A stretch of 64,000 bases of DNA from an uncultured Chloroflexia bacterium (GCA_963712745.1 CAVQJC010000002.1:1-64000); one strand, 5' to 3'. Shown: positions 43,979-54,818, numbered from the stretch's first letter. The notes: generated by a model not told the origin, from the letters alone. A program made the numbers and translations.

Positions 43979-44270
43979 GCACAGAGGATACCCAGACGGG
44001 GCGGGGCGACGGCCGGCCCGGCCGGTGTCGCTTCGGGGCGCAGAGTCCGAATGGCCGCCGTCACAGGACGGGCGGGAGTGACAGCTACGAGGCGGGCCGC
44101 ACAGCCTCGTGCCCCGTCAGTCGTACGCACCGTGCTCCCGGACGGTCTGCCACATGGCCAACATGCTCTCGACGGATACGCCCCACCTGATGGTGCGGGC
44201 CGGAGCGGCCCGGGCGTCATCCCACTTCGTTAACCCGCCTGCGCATGGAATAGGACGGCGTGTCGTTCGG

Positions 44271-45368
44271 TCAGCGCACGACCCGGGCGCCCTTGGCGTG
44301 GACAGCCCTGAGTACCTCGTCCCTGGTCATCATCGAAGTGTCTCCAGGCGTGGTCATCGTGAGGGCGCCGTGTGCAGCACCGATCTCGACCGCCTCGCCC
44401 GCATCGCGGCCATCGAGGAAGCTCCAGGCCAGGCCGGTGGCGAAACCGTCACCACCTCCGACGCGGTCGTAGATGTCGAGAGCCTCGCGCATGCGCGCCT
44501 CACAGAAGACGCCGTCCGCGTAGAGCACCGCGCCCCAGTCGTTGACGCTCGCGGTCTTGGCGTTGCGCAGGGTCGTGGCCACGACCTTGAAGTTGGGGAA
44601 GGCCTCCACGACCTGGCCGATCATGGCCTTGAAGTTGGCCGGGTCGATCTTGGAGATCTCGTGGTCCAGATCCGGGACCTCGAAGCCGAGCGCGGAGGTG
44701 AAGTCCTCCTCGTTGCCGATCATCACGTCGACGTACCTGGCCAGCTCGCGGTTGACCTCCACCGCGCGTTCCTTCCCGCCGCGCGGCTTCCACAGCGAGG
44801 GGCGGTAGTTGAGGTCGTAGGAGACGACGGTTCCCGACGCCTTGGCCGCCTGCATGGCCTCGAGTGCGACCTGGGCCGTGGACTCCGAGAGCGCGGCGAA
44901 GATCCCGCCGGTGTGCATCCAGCGCACGCCGTCCTCCTCGAAGATCCGGCGCCAGTCGATATCGCCAGGCTTGAGCTGCGACACCGCAGTATGGGCTCGA
45001 TCCGAAACGCCCAGTGCCGGGCGGATGCCGAAACCCTTCTCGACGAAGTTGAGGCCCACGCGGGCCTCGAGGCCGATGCCGTCATGCGGCACCCATCTCA
45101 CGTAACGAAGGTCGACCCCCCCGGTGAGCATGCAGTCCTCGACGAGGTGTCCGATCTCGTTGTCGACCAGGGCCGTGACGACCGCGGTACGCAGGCCGAA
45201 GACCTTGCGCAACGCACGCGTGACGTTGTACTCGCCGCCGCCCTCGCTGACCTTGAAGTGGCGGGTCGTGCGGACCCTCCCCCACTCGGGGTCGAAACGC
45301 AGCATCACCTCGCCGAGGCTGACGGCGTCCCAGCGGCAGGCGGACGCAGGCTTGATGTCGAGGGTCAT
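44271..45368 (-). CDS. kdgK: PfkB sugar kinase, 2-keto-3-deoxygluconate kinase-like
   Basis: LGEVMLRFDP, GGGEYNV, SYDLNYRPSLW, GNEED, DRVGGGDGFA. Confidence 0.88.
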   Translation of the reverse strand: MTLDIKPASACRWDAVSLGEVMLRFDPEWGRVRTTRHFKVSEGGGEYNVTRALRKVFGLRTAVVTALVDNEIGHLVEDCMLTGGVDLRYVRWVPHDGIGLEARVGLNFVEKGFGIRPALGVSDRAHTAVSQLKPGDIDWRRIFEEDGVRWMHTGGIFAALSESTAQVALEAMQAAKASGTVVSYDLNYRPSLWKPRGGKERAVEVNRELARYVDVMIGNEEDFTSALGFEVPDLDHEISKIDPANFKAMIGQVVEAFPNFKVVATTLRNAKTASVNDWGAVLYADGVFCEARMREALDIYDRVGGGDGFATGLAWSFLDGRDAGEAVEIGAAHGALTMTTPGDTSMMTRDEVLRAVHAKGARVVR

Positions 45369-45525
45369 GAACACTCCTCCGACCCGGACACGTCGGCCGC
45401 GGGGACGGCCTGGTGCGGGGTCTTCGCTCACTCCTTGTCGTTCCGCATGATGACCGCTCCAACCGTCGTCCGCGCTGAGAGTCGTGCGCAGGAGCGGGCC
45501 AGGCGGCACGTCCGGATGACGGCCC

Positions 45526-46248
45526 TCAGGCCTCCTTGCACGCGTCGAACTGCTCCCGGAGGCGGGAGAGCAGCATCTCGACCTCGTCCTCGTCGCACTC
45601 CATCGGCTCCAGAGGTGGCTCAGGCGTGTCGTCATCCTCCGGCGCGGAGTCCTTGGGGACGTCCCTTCCCTCCCGGGGCGGAACAGTCAGGACGATGAGG
45701 TCGGCCGTGCCCTTCTTCTCCCCGGTGTGCTCATCGTTGTACTGGACGATCGCGTCGACCACTCCGTCCACGTCGACCCAGCGCATCCTCCGGCACAGCG
45801 GGTCCATGACCCGGACCTCGCCGGCGTGTTCCCCCTCGCCCTCGCCGGCCACGATGCCGATCATGTGATAGGCGTTCTCCTTCTCGGTGAAGCCCGGCTG
45901 GCAGCTGTCCTTGTCGGGGTAGACCTCGAAGTCCGTCTCGGCCGCGTAGAGTCTGCCGCTCCGGGCCAGCAGTCGCTCCCTGAGGTCCGCCCTGGGGATG
46001 TCGCTCTTGAGCAGCGCGTGCTTCCACAGGCGCTTCGCCTGCAGCCCGCGCTGGATGTCCGCCAGACCGCCGGCCGTCTTCGGCGGCTTCACGGCCCATC
46101 TGCGGAACCGAGTCGGGGTCGGGCGCCGTTTGCTGCGCGTGGCGCCACGGGTCAGCCAGGCACCGACCGCGGCCCAGCAGTTCTGCCATTGGCTGTTGCT
46201 GCCGTCGACCTGGGTGACGTGCTTGGGGACGTAGGGGTTGTAGGCCAT
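45526..46248 (-). CDS. hypothetical protein with papain/C39-like catalytic motifs
   Basis: GGAGGA RBS; TQ..NCWAA, YHMIGI, VMDPL. Confidence 0.65.
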   Translation of the reverse strand: MAYNPYVPKHVTQVDGSNSQWQNCWAAVGAWLTRGATRSKRRPTPTRFRRWAVKPPKTAGGLADIQRGLQAKRLWKHALLKSDIPRADLRERLLARSGRLYAAETDFEVYPDKDSCQPGFTEKENAYHMIGIVAGEGEGEHAGEVRVMDPLCRRMRWVDVDGVVDAIVQYNDEHTGEKKGTADLIVLTVPPREGRDVPKDSAPEDDDTPEPPLEPMECDEDEVEMLLSRLREQFDACKEA

Positions 46249-46603
46249 GTCTTCCTCCTGCCAGTCCGCTAGGTCAGCCTACCGGGCCGCCGACGAGGGA
46301 ACCTGGCCCAAGCGGGGATGGGTCGCTCCGCCAAGGTCGACGTCCTGCGGCAAGTTGGGCATGAACGCCATCCGCGTGGCCTTCACCGCCCCCGATGGTC
46401 GCGTGGGTCATCGATACTGCCACGTGGCCACGCTGCAGCGCCTGCCGATCGATCTTGCGGGCCGGCAACGAGCGCGGGATCGGTGCCATCGTCGGGTTCG
46501 AGGGCGTGTATGTTCCGACTGGGGTCGGGGTGCCCAGCAGGCCCGACCGGTGACCCGCGAGGGCGACTGTATGGACTGCGAGTCAGGTCGGGGAGGTTGA
46601 CGC

Positions 46604-48515
46604 ATGGCTGAGTGGCAGCAGGTCCTGCCGGGTGTCCTGATGTGGCCCGACAGCTGCAATGTCTACGCCATCACCGGTCCCGACGGTGTCCTGATCATCG
46701 ATGCCGGAACCGGAGAATGGATCGACCACGTCGCCGAGCTGCCGGCCCGGCCAATAGCGATGGCCTGCACTCACTTCTTCCGAGACCATTGCGCAGGCGC
46801 GCCTCGTGCCGCCCGAGAGCTCGGGCTTCGCGTCCTCGTGCCGGAGCGCGAGGCGGAGCTCTTCAGCGACCCGCTCGAGCACTTTCGCGGACGCAAGACG
46901 TACCTCGTGTACGTCAACTACTGGGATCACTTCGCCCCCATCGAGCCGATCCCGGTCGCAGGGGTGCTGCGCGACTACGAACGCCTCGAGCTGGCCGGCC
47001 TGGAGATCGAGGTCATCCCGTTGCCCGGCGCCACCGTCAACCAGGTAGGTCTTGGGTTCAGCGTGCCGGGGACCTCGCTGCGAGCCGTCTGCTCGGGCGA
47101 GACCATCCACTCGCCCGGGCGCGTACCGCGCGTCGCGCCTCTCCAGTACAACTACGCCGACCTGCTGGGCGCCGTGGAGGTCTGGCACTCTGCCGCCGAG
47201 CTGCGCCGTCGCGATGTCGACGTCCTCCTCCCCAGCCTGGGTGAGCCGATGCTGGCAGACGCCGATTGGGCGCTGGACGCGCTGCAGCGACTCGATGGAA
47301 GCGCTGTGCGCGACCCGGCCGGTCGAGTCGGGGGAGCTCGAGGCGGCCCGGCAGGACGATGGGCGACCCCCGCTCACCCGGCTGAGCGAACGCGTCTGGC
47401 TTGCTCAGCACTCGGACAGTACGTGCACGTTCGTGGTCGGCCCATCTGGCTCAGCCCTCGCCCTGGACTATGGCTACCACGCCAAGCGATGGTGGTACGG
47501 ATACCCGTTCGACACGTATCGTTCCCGAGTCCTGGCCCACACGCTCGACGCGCTCAGGGATCAGGCCGGGGTCGAGCGCATCGATGTCGTGATCCCATCT
47601 CACTACCACGACGACCATGTCGCCGGGATCCCGTTCCTCCAGCGCACGCAGGGGACCGAATGCTGGGCGCACGAGGGGTTCGCCGATCTGTTGGAGTACC
47701 CCGACGCTCACCAGTTCCCGTGCGACAACCCCATCCCCACGCGCGTCGACCGGCGCCTGCGCGACGGCGAGGCCATCTCGTGGGAGGGGGTCGAGTTTCG
47801 ACTCGAGCTTGCCAGCGGACACACCCGCTTCCAGAACCTCATCGGTTTCGAGGTCGATGGCGTCCGCTACGCCCATAGCGGTGACCAGTACGGCTTCATC
47901 GCCAAGTCGTCTATGCAGAACCACGTTGTCGAGCCGGTCGGGGGCGATGCCATCGCGGACTGGGAGGCGGTCAGCCACCAGGAGAACCACGTCTACCGCG
48001 GGGGTGCGCACCTCGACTCCTTCGCGCGCAGCGGGGCGTGGCTCCAGGCGCAGCGACCCGACATCGTGCTCAGCGGCCATTGGCCTCCGTTCCGGACAAG
48101 CGAGACCTTCTTCGAGCTCATCGACGACCGAAACAGGACCTACCAGGACGCCCACCGGAGGGCCATGCCGCTGGCGGCCACGGACGCCCACTTCGACGTG
48201 GATTCCTGGGGCGGCTGGCTCTGGCCATACCGTCTCCATCTGGCAGACGGCGAGACCGCGACCGTGCGGGCGACCGTGCGCAACCCCCTGCCCCACGCAG
48301 CGACGCTCGAGGTCCGCCTGGTTGGTCCGGCCGGCTGGGTCGGCAGTGCAGCAACGCTCACGGCCCCAGCGCGAGCCGAGGTGGATTGCGAGCTCACGAT
48401 GACCACGGCTGGAGAGTGCCGGCGGAGGCCGATCGCGCTCGAACTGGTGGCTGACGGACAGCCCTTCGGGCAGGTCGCCGAGGCCCTCGTCACCGTCAGC
48501 GGCCCCGCCTGGTAG
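46604..48515 (+). CDS. tandem metallo-beta-lactamase-fold hydrolase, frameshifted near 47290
   Basis: Domain 1 IIDAGTG..THFFRDH; domain 2 LDYG..SHYHDDH..GHT..SGD..SGH; C-terminal Ig-like domain. Confidence 0.82.
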
Positions 48516-48797
48516 CAGCAGGTCCGAGCCGTCGGGCGGAGCGGTTCGACGGCGCTGTTCGTCAGCTTGCCCGTCGGGGCCAGGGTCTGTCTGGTGGTGT
48601 CGGAAGCGTGGACGGCGACGTCCTGCTTCCGTGTCCTGCTCACCCTGCTCCCCTCCTCCGCTTGCGAGTCTGACTCGTGGCCGGCCAGGCCGGCGTGGCG
48701 TCGGTGTCTACCAGGCAGCCCAGCATGTCGGTCTGGGCGGTCCACCGCTACACCCGCGTCGGGTGCAGTCCCGACGGGTCGCCGCGGAGTCGATCTG

Positions 48798-49583
48798 CTA
48801 CACGCCCAGCAGCCTCTGGCCGAAGAGGGCCAGGATGAGCCCCAGGAGCACGTGCCCCGCGAAGTTGGCGATGAGGAACTCGCGAAAGCCCATGCCCATG
48901 CTGCCGGCTGTGATGGTCGCGAAGGTCGTGAGCGGGTTGGGAAAGGTCGAGAGCGTGAAGATGGTGGGGATACCGTGGCGGTCGACGAAGTCCGCGGTCA
49001 CCTCCATGGACTTGCGCATGGTTTGGGCGAGTCGTCCCTCCCGGGGCTTCTTCCCCTTCTTCGCCGGGTCCTGCAGATGGCGCGATCCGCTGGCGGCCGT
49101 GAGGTAGAACGAAGTCTGTCCCAGAGCCATGGCGAAGCCGGCCACCAACCCGACGAGGATCGTGGATCCATACGCACCCTGGTAGGCGGCCATGGCCATG
49201 CCTACCAGGCGCAAGCCCGGGATGGGCACCAGGATGCCGCCGTTGCCGATCCAGTTGGCGAGGAAGAGCCCGATCCAGGCCGCCCACGGGATGTCCAGAC
49301 CCAGGCGTTTCGCAAGGCCCGCTGCGATAAGCGTGCCCCCGAGGGCCGCGCCGAACCCAACGACGACACCCAGGCGTCGCCGGGCCTTCGGCGAGAACCG
49401 CTGGTCCAACCACGCATGCAAGCGCAGGAAGTGCCGGGGTGCCTGACCCCGCGGGTCGGTCGGGTCTGGTGGTTGCTGGCCATCTGGATCGGTCGAGACG
49501 GGCCCATCCGCGTCGACGGGCACCGACGGAGTCGACCCGCTGGGTGGATCGGCCGTCTTCTGGTCGTCAGCCTCGTCGGTCAC
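48798..49583 (-). CDS. DedA/VTT-like membrane protein
   Basis: LVPIPG, ALGQTSFYL, IFTLSTFPNPL..AGSMGMGFREF. Start inferred. Confidence 0.7.
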   Translation of the reverse strand: MTDEADDQKTADPPSGSTPSVPVDADGPVSTDPDGQQPPDPTDPRGQAPRHFLRLHAWLDQRFSPKARRRLGVVVGFGAALGGTLIAAGLAKRLGLDIPWAAWIGLFLANWIGNGGILVPIPGLRLVGMAMAAYQGAYGSTILVGLVAGFAMALGQTSFYLTAASGSRHLQDPAKKGKKPREGRLAQTMRKSMEVTADFVDRHGIPTIFTLSTFPNPLTTFATITAGSMGMGFREFLIANFAGHVLLGLILALFGQRLLGV

Positions 49584-49733
49584 CTCGTCAAGGTACTCCT
49601 GTGCCAGGGGCAGGAGTTGCCCACGTCGGCAGACTCCAGCGCTGCGCCCGATATCGCTGCCACACGCCTGCCCGGGAACCGCGGCAACATGCAAGCGAAC
49701 GCCAGCCCCAGCGGCATCGTTGAAGTCCGCCCG

Positions 49734-50642
49734 CTACGAAGCGCCGCCGGCATCGGAGGTCTGAGGCGCTGGTGCAGGGTCCGCGACAGAGGCGCCCCCG
49801 ACGGCGGCCACGCGCTTGCCCAGCTCGGCGGCAAGGATGATGAGCACGATGGGGATGATCAGCGCGCCGACCAGCGTGAGCACGATGACGTTGCCACCGA
49901 GGGAGGTGGCCACCACGATGGCGGCGCTGATGTTGCGCTGTGCCGTGGCGAAGCCGAGCACGGTCTTGTCGCTCTTGGAGCGCCCGACGCCGGCGAGATA
50001 GCCCGTGGCCAGCCCGGCGACGAGGACGATGACGGTCCCGATGAAGATCCAGCTGCCGATGGCGCCGACGATGTCCCGCCAGCTGACGAACAGGGCGGCC
50101 CCGATGCCGAACAGCAAGGCCACGCTGGAGATCTGCCCGACGGGCCCGACCCAGCCATCAGCAAGGTCAGCGTAACGAGCCTTGATGATCAGGCCGATGC
50201 CGAGCGGGACGAGCATGAACAGGATGAGCGAGCTCGCGATGTCCCAGGGGTCGATCTCGGCGCCCTCGACGACGAGGGGCACGACGATGGGGGCGTAGAT
50301 GACGGTCGCGACCATGAGCAGGACCATGGCGCCGACCGAGAGGGCCGGGCTGCCTTTCGCCAGCAAGGCCAGCTTGGGCAGGAAGGGTGCACCAGCGCAG
50401 CAGCCGATGATGATGACCGCGGTCGCAGAGTCGTCGCCCATCGGGAGCAGGTTCGCGGCGGCGATGGCCACGATAGGCACCACCACGAAGTTGACCGCCA
50501 GCAGGAGCAGCAGCATGCGCACATCGCGCAGCGGCTCCACGATCTGCTTGACGGTCAGGCCCAGGCCCATCGCGGCCATGCTGGCCACGATGAAGACGAG
50601 CATGCCCACCTGGGTGATGGTCAACAAGACATCGCTGATCAT
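49734..50642 (-). CDS. bile acid:sodium symporter family transporter
   Basis: SMAAMGL.LT, NFVVVP, AGAPFLPKL, P....G, TAQRNISAA. Confidence 0.9.
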   Translation of the reverse strand: MISDVLLTITQVGMLVFIVASMAAMGLGLTVKQIVEPLRDVRMLLLLLAVNFVVVPIVAIAAANLLPMGDDSATAVIIIGCCAGAPFLPKLALLAKGSPALSVGAMVLLMVATVIYAPIVVPLVVEGAEIDPWDIASSLILFMLVPLGIGLIIKARYADLADGWVGPVGQISSVALLFGIGAALFVSWRDIVGAIGSWIFIGTVIVLVAGLATGYLAGVGRSKSDKTVLGFATAQRNISAAIVVATSLGGNVIVLTLVGALIIPIVLIILAAELGKRVAAVGGASVADPAPAPQTSDAGGAS

Positions 50643-50679
50643 CTGGCTTCCTCCTCGTTCGATACTGACGGGTCTGGCC

Positions 50680-50840
50680 CGGAAACGGCCGGGTCAGGGG
50701 TCCACCCAGTCCGCCATGGGGCCGGGACAAGCTCCTCGCAGGCCGCGATCTCGCCGGTCTCCGGATCGAACTGGCTGACGACCGCTATATCGCCCACGTG
50801 CTCGATCTCATCCAGGCGTTGGATGGCGGCCACGTTGGCC
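50680..50840 (-). pseudogene. fragment of an alkaline-phosphatase/phosphodiesterase superfamily gene
   Basis: RLDEIEHVGDIAVVSQFDPETGEIAACEELV, then a frameshift into HGGLGGPLTRPF; no N-terminal part present. Confidence 0.55.
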
Positions 50841-50939
50841 ACGGCACGGACCCAGGGGTACGGGAAGCCGTGGGAGCCTGCGTCGCCGCCAGACGAGGGC
50901 GCCGCAGCTCGCGTCGCGGACTGGTCGGGTGGACGTTGC

Positions 50940-53513
50940 TCAGCCGGGCCCGGGGATATAGCAGCCGCGTGGGACCGTTGTCGATCCTGGTTGGCAGGTC
51001 GGCGCCGGAGCCGGGCCGTCGGGCTCTCCACGACGCCGCTGGGGGGTACTGCTGCCGCGGCTATCACTGCTGTCGTCCCTCCCGGCGCCGGTCGAGCCGC
51101 TCGACTCAGGCGTCGTGGTCGGGACGATGGGCACCGTCCGGTCCACTTGCCGCCTGCCGCCGGGCTGCGTGCCCTGGATGTAGAGCTCAGTCCCGCCCGC
51201 GCCCATGATGGGCCCCCGCACCACACTCTTTGGTCGCTTGAACCTGGGGGCTGGCTTCCCGTTCATGTACTCGCGCACGAAGGCCACCCAGGTCTGACCG
51301 GCGTTGTCCATCGAGTACCGAAGAAGACCGAGGTTGGGGCTCGAGCTGTCGCTGTTGCCGTACCAGACCCCGACCGCGAGGGCGGGCTGCTTCTTGTTCT
51401 TGGGCATCGGCAGGAAGCCGTAGGTCGAGTAGTCCCTCAGCTCGTTGGTCGTGCCGGTCTTGACCGCCGCCTCACGACGGGAGCGATCCCGCGTGTTGTG
51501 CAGCTCGAAGACCGCACCCCAGGCAGGGTTCACGGCACGGTTCGTATTGCCCGAGAGGATGTCGGCCATGATGAAGGCGGTGGACGGCTTCCACACCTGC
51601 CGCGTGTTGGGCTTGCCGGCCTCATAGATGACCTCGCCGTCGGGTGCCACGACCTTCAGCACGTAGCGTGGCTGAGTGACCTTGCCGCTGTTGCCGAAGG
51701 CTCCGAAGGCCGACGTCATGTCCAGCGGCCGGACTTCGACCGTCCCGAGGGCTCCCGCCAGGCTGGCTTCGTCGAGCATCTTGTCATTGCCGCCGAGGAA
51801 CGAGAAGCCTGCCTTCACCGCATACCTCCGGACGTTGGCGATGCCCACGCGCTGGAGGGCCCGGATGGCCGGGACATTGAGCGATTGCTGGATCGCGTCG
51901 CGAACCTTGATCGGTCCCCGGTACTGCCCATCCGCGTTCCTCGGCGTCCAGCCTGGGCCGAACTGCTCCTGCTTGTCGAGGAGGAAGGTAGCCGCGGTCA
52001 ACCTCTCCGTATCGATTCCCGTGGCGTATAGGATCGGCTTCCAGGCCGAGCCCGGCTGTCGATAGGAGCCTCCGATGTGGTCGACCTGCGGTGCGAACTG
52101 TGGCGTCTTCTTGCGGTAGTAGCCAGCAGACCCGACGTAGGCGAGGATGTCGCCGCTGCGGTAGTCCAGCGCGACCATGGCGCCGTTGCGGAGGTTGGAA
52201 CCGCGGAGGCGCTCGATCCAGCTGGCGTCCTTGCGGAGCTTGAGCTTGTCGAGCAGCCTGTAGAACTGCGTGGATCCCACGTTGGGCAGGACCGCACCCG
52301 CCCGGATGACGTTCTCGCCGAGCCGCTGAGCCCGCATGTCCAGCGTGGTCAAGACCTTGTAGCCACCGCGCTGGATGGGATCGCGGTCTGCGATGATCCT
52401 CTGCAGCTCGGGGATGAGCGCACTGACGAAGTGCGGTGCCTTCCAGCGCCGCGCTCGGGGCGGTTTCAGGACGACGGGCTCGTCAAGCGCGGCCTTGAGC
52501 TGCTCCTCGTCCAGAACGGTCCAGCGACCCTTGCCGTCGGCGAGACGCCGAAGGATGAAATTGCGCCGGATGATGGGCGCGGACTCTCGGCACTTGGGCT
52601 TGGGCACGGACCCACAGGTGGGCACGACCAGGCGGGTCTGGCGCATACCCTTGCCCCTCTTGGGACCCACCTTCTCACGCTTGGCGAACTTGTAGGGATC
52701 GAGCAGCGAGGGTGCCTGCGGCAAACCTGCCAGGAGCGCGGCCTCCGAGACGGTCAGCTCGCCCAGCCTCTTGCCGAAGTAGACATCGGCCGCGGCGGCG
52801 ATGCCATACGAGTTCTGTCCATAGAAGATCTCGTTGAGGTAGGCGGTGATGATGTCCTTCTTGCCCTGCTCACCAGGGAAGGCCTGCGTCAGCTTGTAGG
52901 CCTGGATGAGCTCCTTGGCCTTGCGCGTGTAGAGCCCTTCCTGGGTGTTGTCCTGCTCGACCACCTGCGGCGGCAACAGCCGAGCCCGGACGAGCTGTTG
53001 GGTGATCGTGGACGCACCACCGCGCTCGCCGCCGCCGACTGCCTCCTGCGCGAAGGCATTGAGCGTGGCCTCGAGATCGAAGCCCAGGTTATCCCAGAAG
53101 GTGTCGTCCTCCACCGCCGTCGTGGCGTCCAGGACGAAGAGCGGGATCTCGTCGAACTCGACGACGTTGCGGCGCTCCTCGTAGAAGCGGGCCAGCTCCG
53201 TCTTGCCCGTGCGGTCGAGGATGCGCGTGGGCTGTGAGAACCCGAGATCCCTGAAGGCGCGCACGTCCGGAAGGCCCTCGTCGAGCACGGCGATGGCCAT
53301 GCCGGCGACGCCGCCGATCGCGATCACCGAGGTGGACGCGATGGTCATGACCGCGATAAGCAGGACCACGATCACGGGCCCGAGGCCCGGGGATGCGTGC
53401 TTCTGCTTGTGGCTGCGAGTTACGGCAAGTCGGGCCGCGAAGGAACCACGACGACGGTTCCCATTCCCATACCCATTGTGGGAGCGACGACCCTTCCCGG
53501 GGCGGTATGGCAT
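50940..53513 (-). CDS. class A penicillin-binding protein (transglycosylase/transpeptidase)
   Basis: AVEDDTF, GASTITQQLVR, RKAKE, YLNEIFYG; S-A-W-K, SLN and KTGT transpeptidase motifs. Confidence 0.95.
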   Translation of the reverse strand: MPYRPGKGRRSHNGYGNGNRRRGSFAARLAVTRSHKQKHASPGLGPVIVVLLIAVMTIASTSVIAIGGVAGMAIAVLDEGLPDVRAFRDLGFSQPTRILDRTGKTELARFYEERRNVVEFDEIPLFVLDATTAVEDDTFWDNLGFDLEATLNAFAQEAVGGGERGGASTITQQLVRARLLPPQVVEQDNTQEGLYTRKAKELIQAYKLTQAFPGEQGKKDIITAYLNEIFYGQNSYGIAAAADVYFGKRLGELTVSEAALLAGLPQAPSLLDPYKFAKREKVGPKRGKGMRQTRLVVPTCGSVPKPKCRESAPIIRRNFILRRLADGKGRWTVLDEEQLKAALDEPVVLKPPRARRWKAPHFVSALIPELQRIIADRDPIQRGGYKVLTTLDMRAQRLGENVIRAGAVLPNVGSTQFYRLLDKLKLRKDASWIERLRGSNLRNGAMVALDYRSGDILAYVGSAGYYRKKTPQFAPQVDHIGGSYRQPGSAWKPILYATGIDTERLTAATFLLDKQEQFGPGWTPRNADGQYRGPIKVRDAIQQSLNVPAIRALQRVGIANVRRYAVKAGFSFLGGNDKMLDEASLAGALGTVEVRPLDMTSAFGAFGNSGKVTQPRYVLKVVAPDGEVIYEAGKPNTRQVWKPSTAFIMADILSGNTNRAVNPAWGAVFELHNTRDRSRREAAVKTGTTNELRDYSTYGFLPMPKNKKQPALAVGVWYGNSDSSSPNLGLLRYSMDNAGQTWVAFVREYMNGKPAPRFKRPKSVVRGPIMGAGGTELYIQGTQPGGRRQVDRTVPIVPTTTPESSGSTGAGRDDSSDSRGSSTPQRRRGEPDGPAPAPTCQPGSTTVPRGCYIPGPG

Positions 53514-53701
53514 CTGCGGCTCATTGTGCACCTCCACGGGCGCGGGCGCGAGATCCGTGTGTGCGTGCTCCTGCGCGACGAGCCAGAGCTCCCTTGGCAC
53601 CGTAGGACAGGGGGCACTGCCGCGGACCGCGATCATCAACCCGCGGCACAAGGTCGGCCTCGCTCGACGTGAAACGTGACGGTCGTGGTTATACTTCGGG
53701 T

Positions 53702-53938
53702 ATGAAGACCGCCGTTTCAGTCCCCACCGAGGTCTACGAGCAAGCTGAGGAGCTCGCGCAGCGAACTGGCCGAACGCGCAGTGAGATCTACAGCACGGCC
53801 TTGCGCGACTACCTCGCCCACCAGCAGACCGTGCCGGTGACGGCCGCTATGGACCGGGCCCTCGAAGAGATCGACCCCAGGCCTGATCCGTTCCTGGATG
53901 CGACAGCGCGTGAGACGTTGGCAGAAGCGGAGTGGTGA
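53702..53938 (+). CDS. ribbon-helix-helix antitoxin (MazE/ChpI-like)
   Basis: MKTAVSVP..VY..AE.LA...G..RSE.Y..AL..YL; overlaps the toxin gene; leaderless after TATACT at 53690. Confidence 0.88.
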   Translation: MKTAVSVPTEVYEQAEELAQRTGRTRSEIYSTALRDYLAHQQTVPVTAAMDRALEEIDPRPDPFLDATARETLAEAEW

Positions 53939-54276
53939 TCAGCCAGGGAGACGTCTGGTGGACGGATCTGCCTGACCCAGCGGGCTCAGAGTCAGGCTTT
54001 CGCAGACCGGTGATCGTCGTGCAGGGCGACCCCCTGAACCGCAGCCGAATCTCAACGGTCGTGTGCGTGGTTGTGACCAGCAACCTGAAGTGGGCCAGAG
54101 CACCGGGCAACGTCCGGCTCGCCGCGCGTGAGTCGGGCCTGCCGCGAGACTCCGTGGTCAACGTGTCGCAGATCTTCACGCTCGACCGCTCGCGACTGAC
54201 CGATCACGTGGGCGAGGTCGGGACCGCCAAGCTCGACACGATACTCGCCGGCATCGACGTCGTCCTGGGGCGATAG
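53932..54276 (+). CDS. mazF: MazF/PemK endoribonuclease toxin
   Basis: QGDVWW.DL..P.GSE.GFRRPVIVVQ, TSN, GLPRDSVVNVSQI.TLD. Confidence 0.93.
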   Translation: MVISQGDVWWTDLPDPAGSESGFRRPVIVVQGDPLNRSRISTVVCVVVTSNLKWARAPGNVRLAARESGLPRDSVVNVSQIFTLDRSRLTDHVGEVGTAKLDTILAGIDVVLGR

Positions 54277-54317
54277 CGACCAATCGACCGGCCGATGTCG
54301 CCAGGCGCTATGGCCCG

Positions 54318-54350
54318 GATCCATAGACCGCAGCGCCTCGGTTCCAATGC
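54318..54350 (+). repeat. degenerate partial copy of the tRNA-Thr 3'-half repeat (copy 0)
   Basis: gatccatagaccgcagcgcctcggttccaatgc matches the consensus at 23 of 33 positions without gaps (counted by eye). Confidence 0.5.
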
Positions 54351-54597
54351 TTGACTCTGGCGATCCACGGTCGTCGCCCCAGCGCGACCGACGCCTGCGC
54401 TGACCCCTTCGTGGCCGCCGCCACTCCGGTAGGAAGGCTTGGAGTGGCCGCGGCCCTGGGCGACCAGGACCCAGGGCCGGACCAGATGCCGCCGGGACCA
54501 GGAACGGTGGCACGCATCGTGGCCTGGGGCACACAGCCACCGATCTGTGTGGCCGGCGAGCCACATCACGCGGTGGTCGGTGCCTGCGCGTCCTCGC

Positions 54598-54658
54598 GAT
54601 TCGCAAACAGCAGGTCCTCGGTCCAGGTCCGAGCGTCGGCTCCATTCCCCGCACGCGA
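54598..54658 (+). repeat. tRNA-Thr 3'-half-derived att-like repeat (copy A)
   Basis: gattcgcaaacagcaggtcctcggtccaggtccgagcgtcggctcca+ttccccgcacgcga: anticodon 3' strand, T-arm CTCGG/CCGAG, acceptor strand ending TCCA. Confidence 0.8.
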
Positions 54659-54818
54659 CAGAGGCGGCTGCGCGATCGGAGGGCGAGCGGCCGGTCGAAA
54701 GCGGCACGACTCGTGATAGGGCGCGAGTGGCTGGTTCTCGGAATCGCTTCCGCGGGTCAGGATGCCCAGGTGAAGGCGCCGCTGGATGGGCCGAACCACC
54801 TTGAGCGGACCTCGCCGC

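Noticed and set aside
46250-46600. Possible small gene or ncRNA upstream of the MBL gene
   Set aside because: There are coding-like patches (GKLGMNAIRVAF) but no consistent frame, RBS or recognisable structure, so no call can be supported.
48567-52031. 1154-aa plus-strand ORF
   Set aside because: It is antisense to clear VTT, symporter and PBP1A genes; a high-GC shadow frame without motifs.
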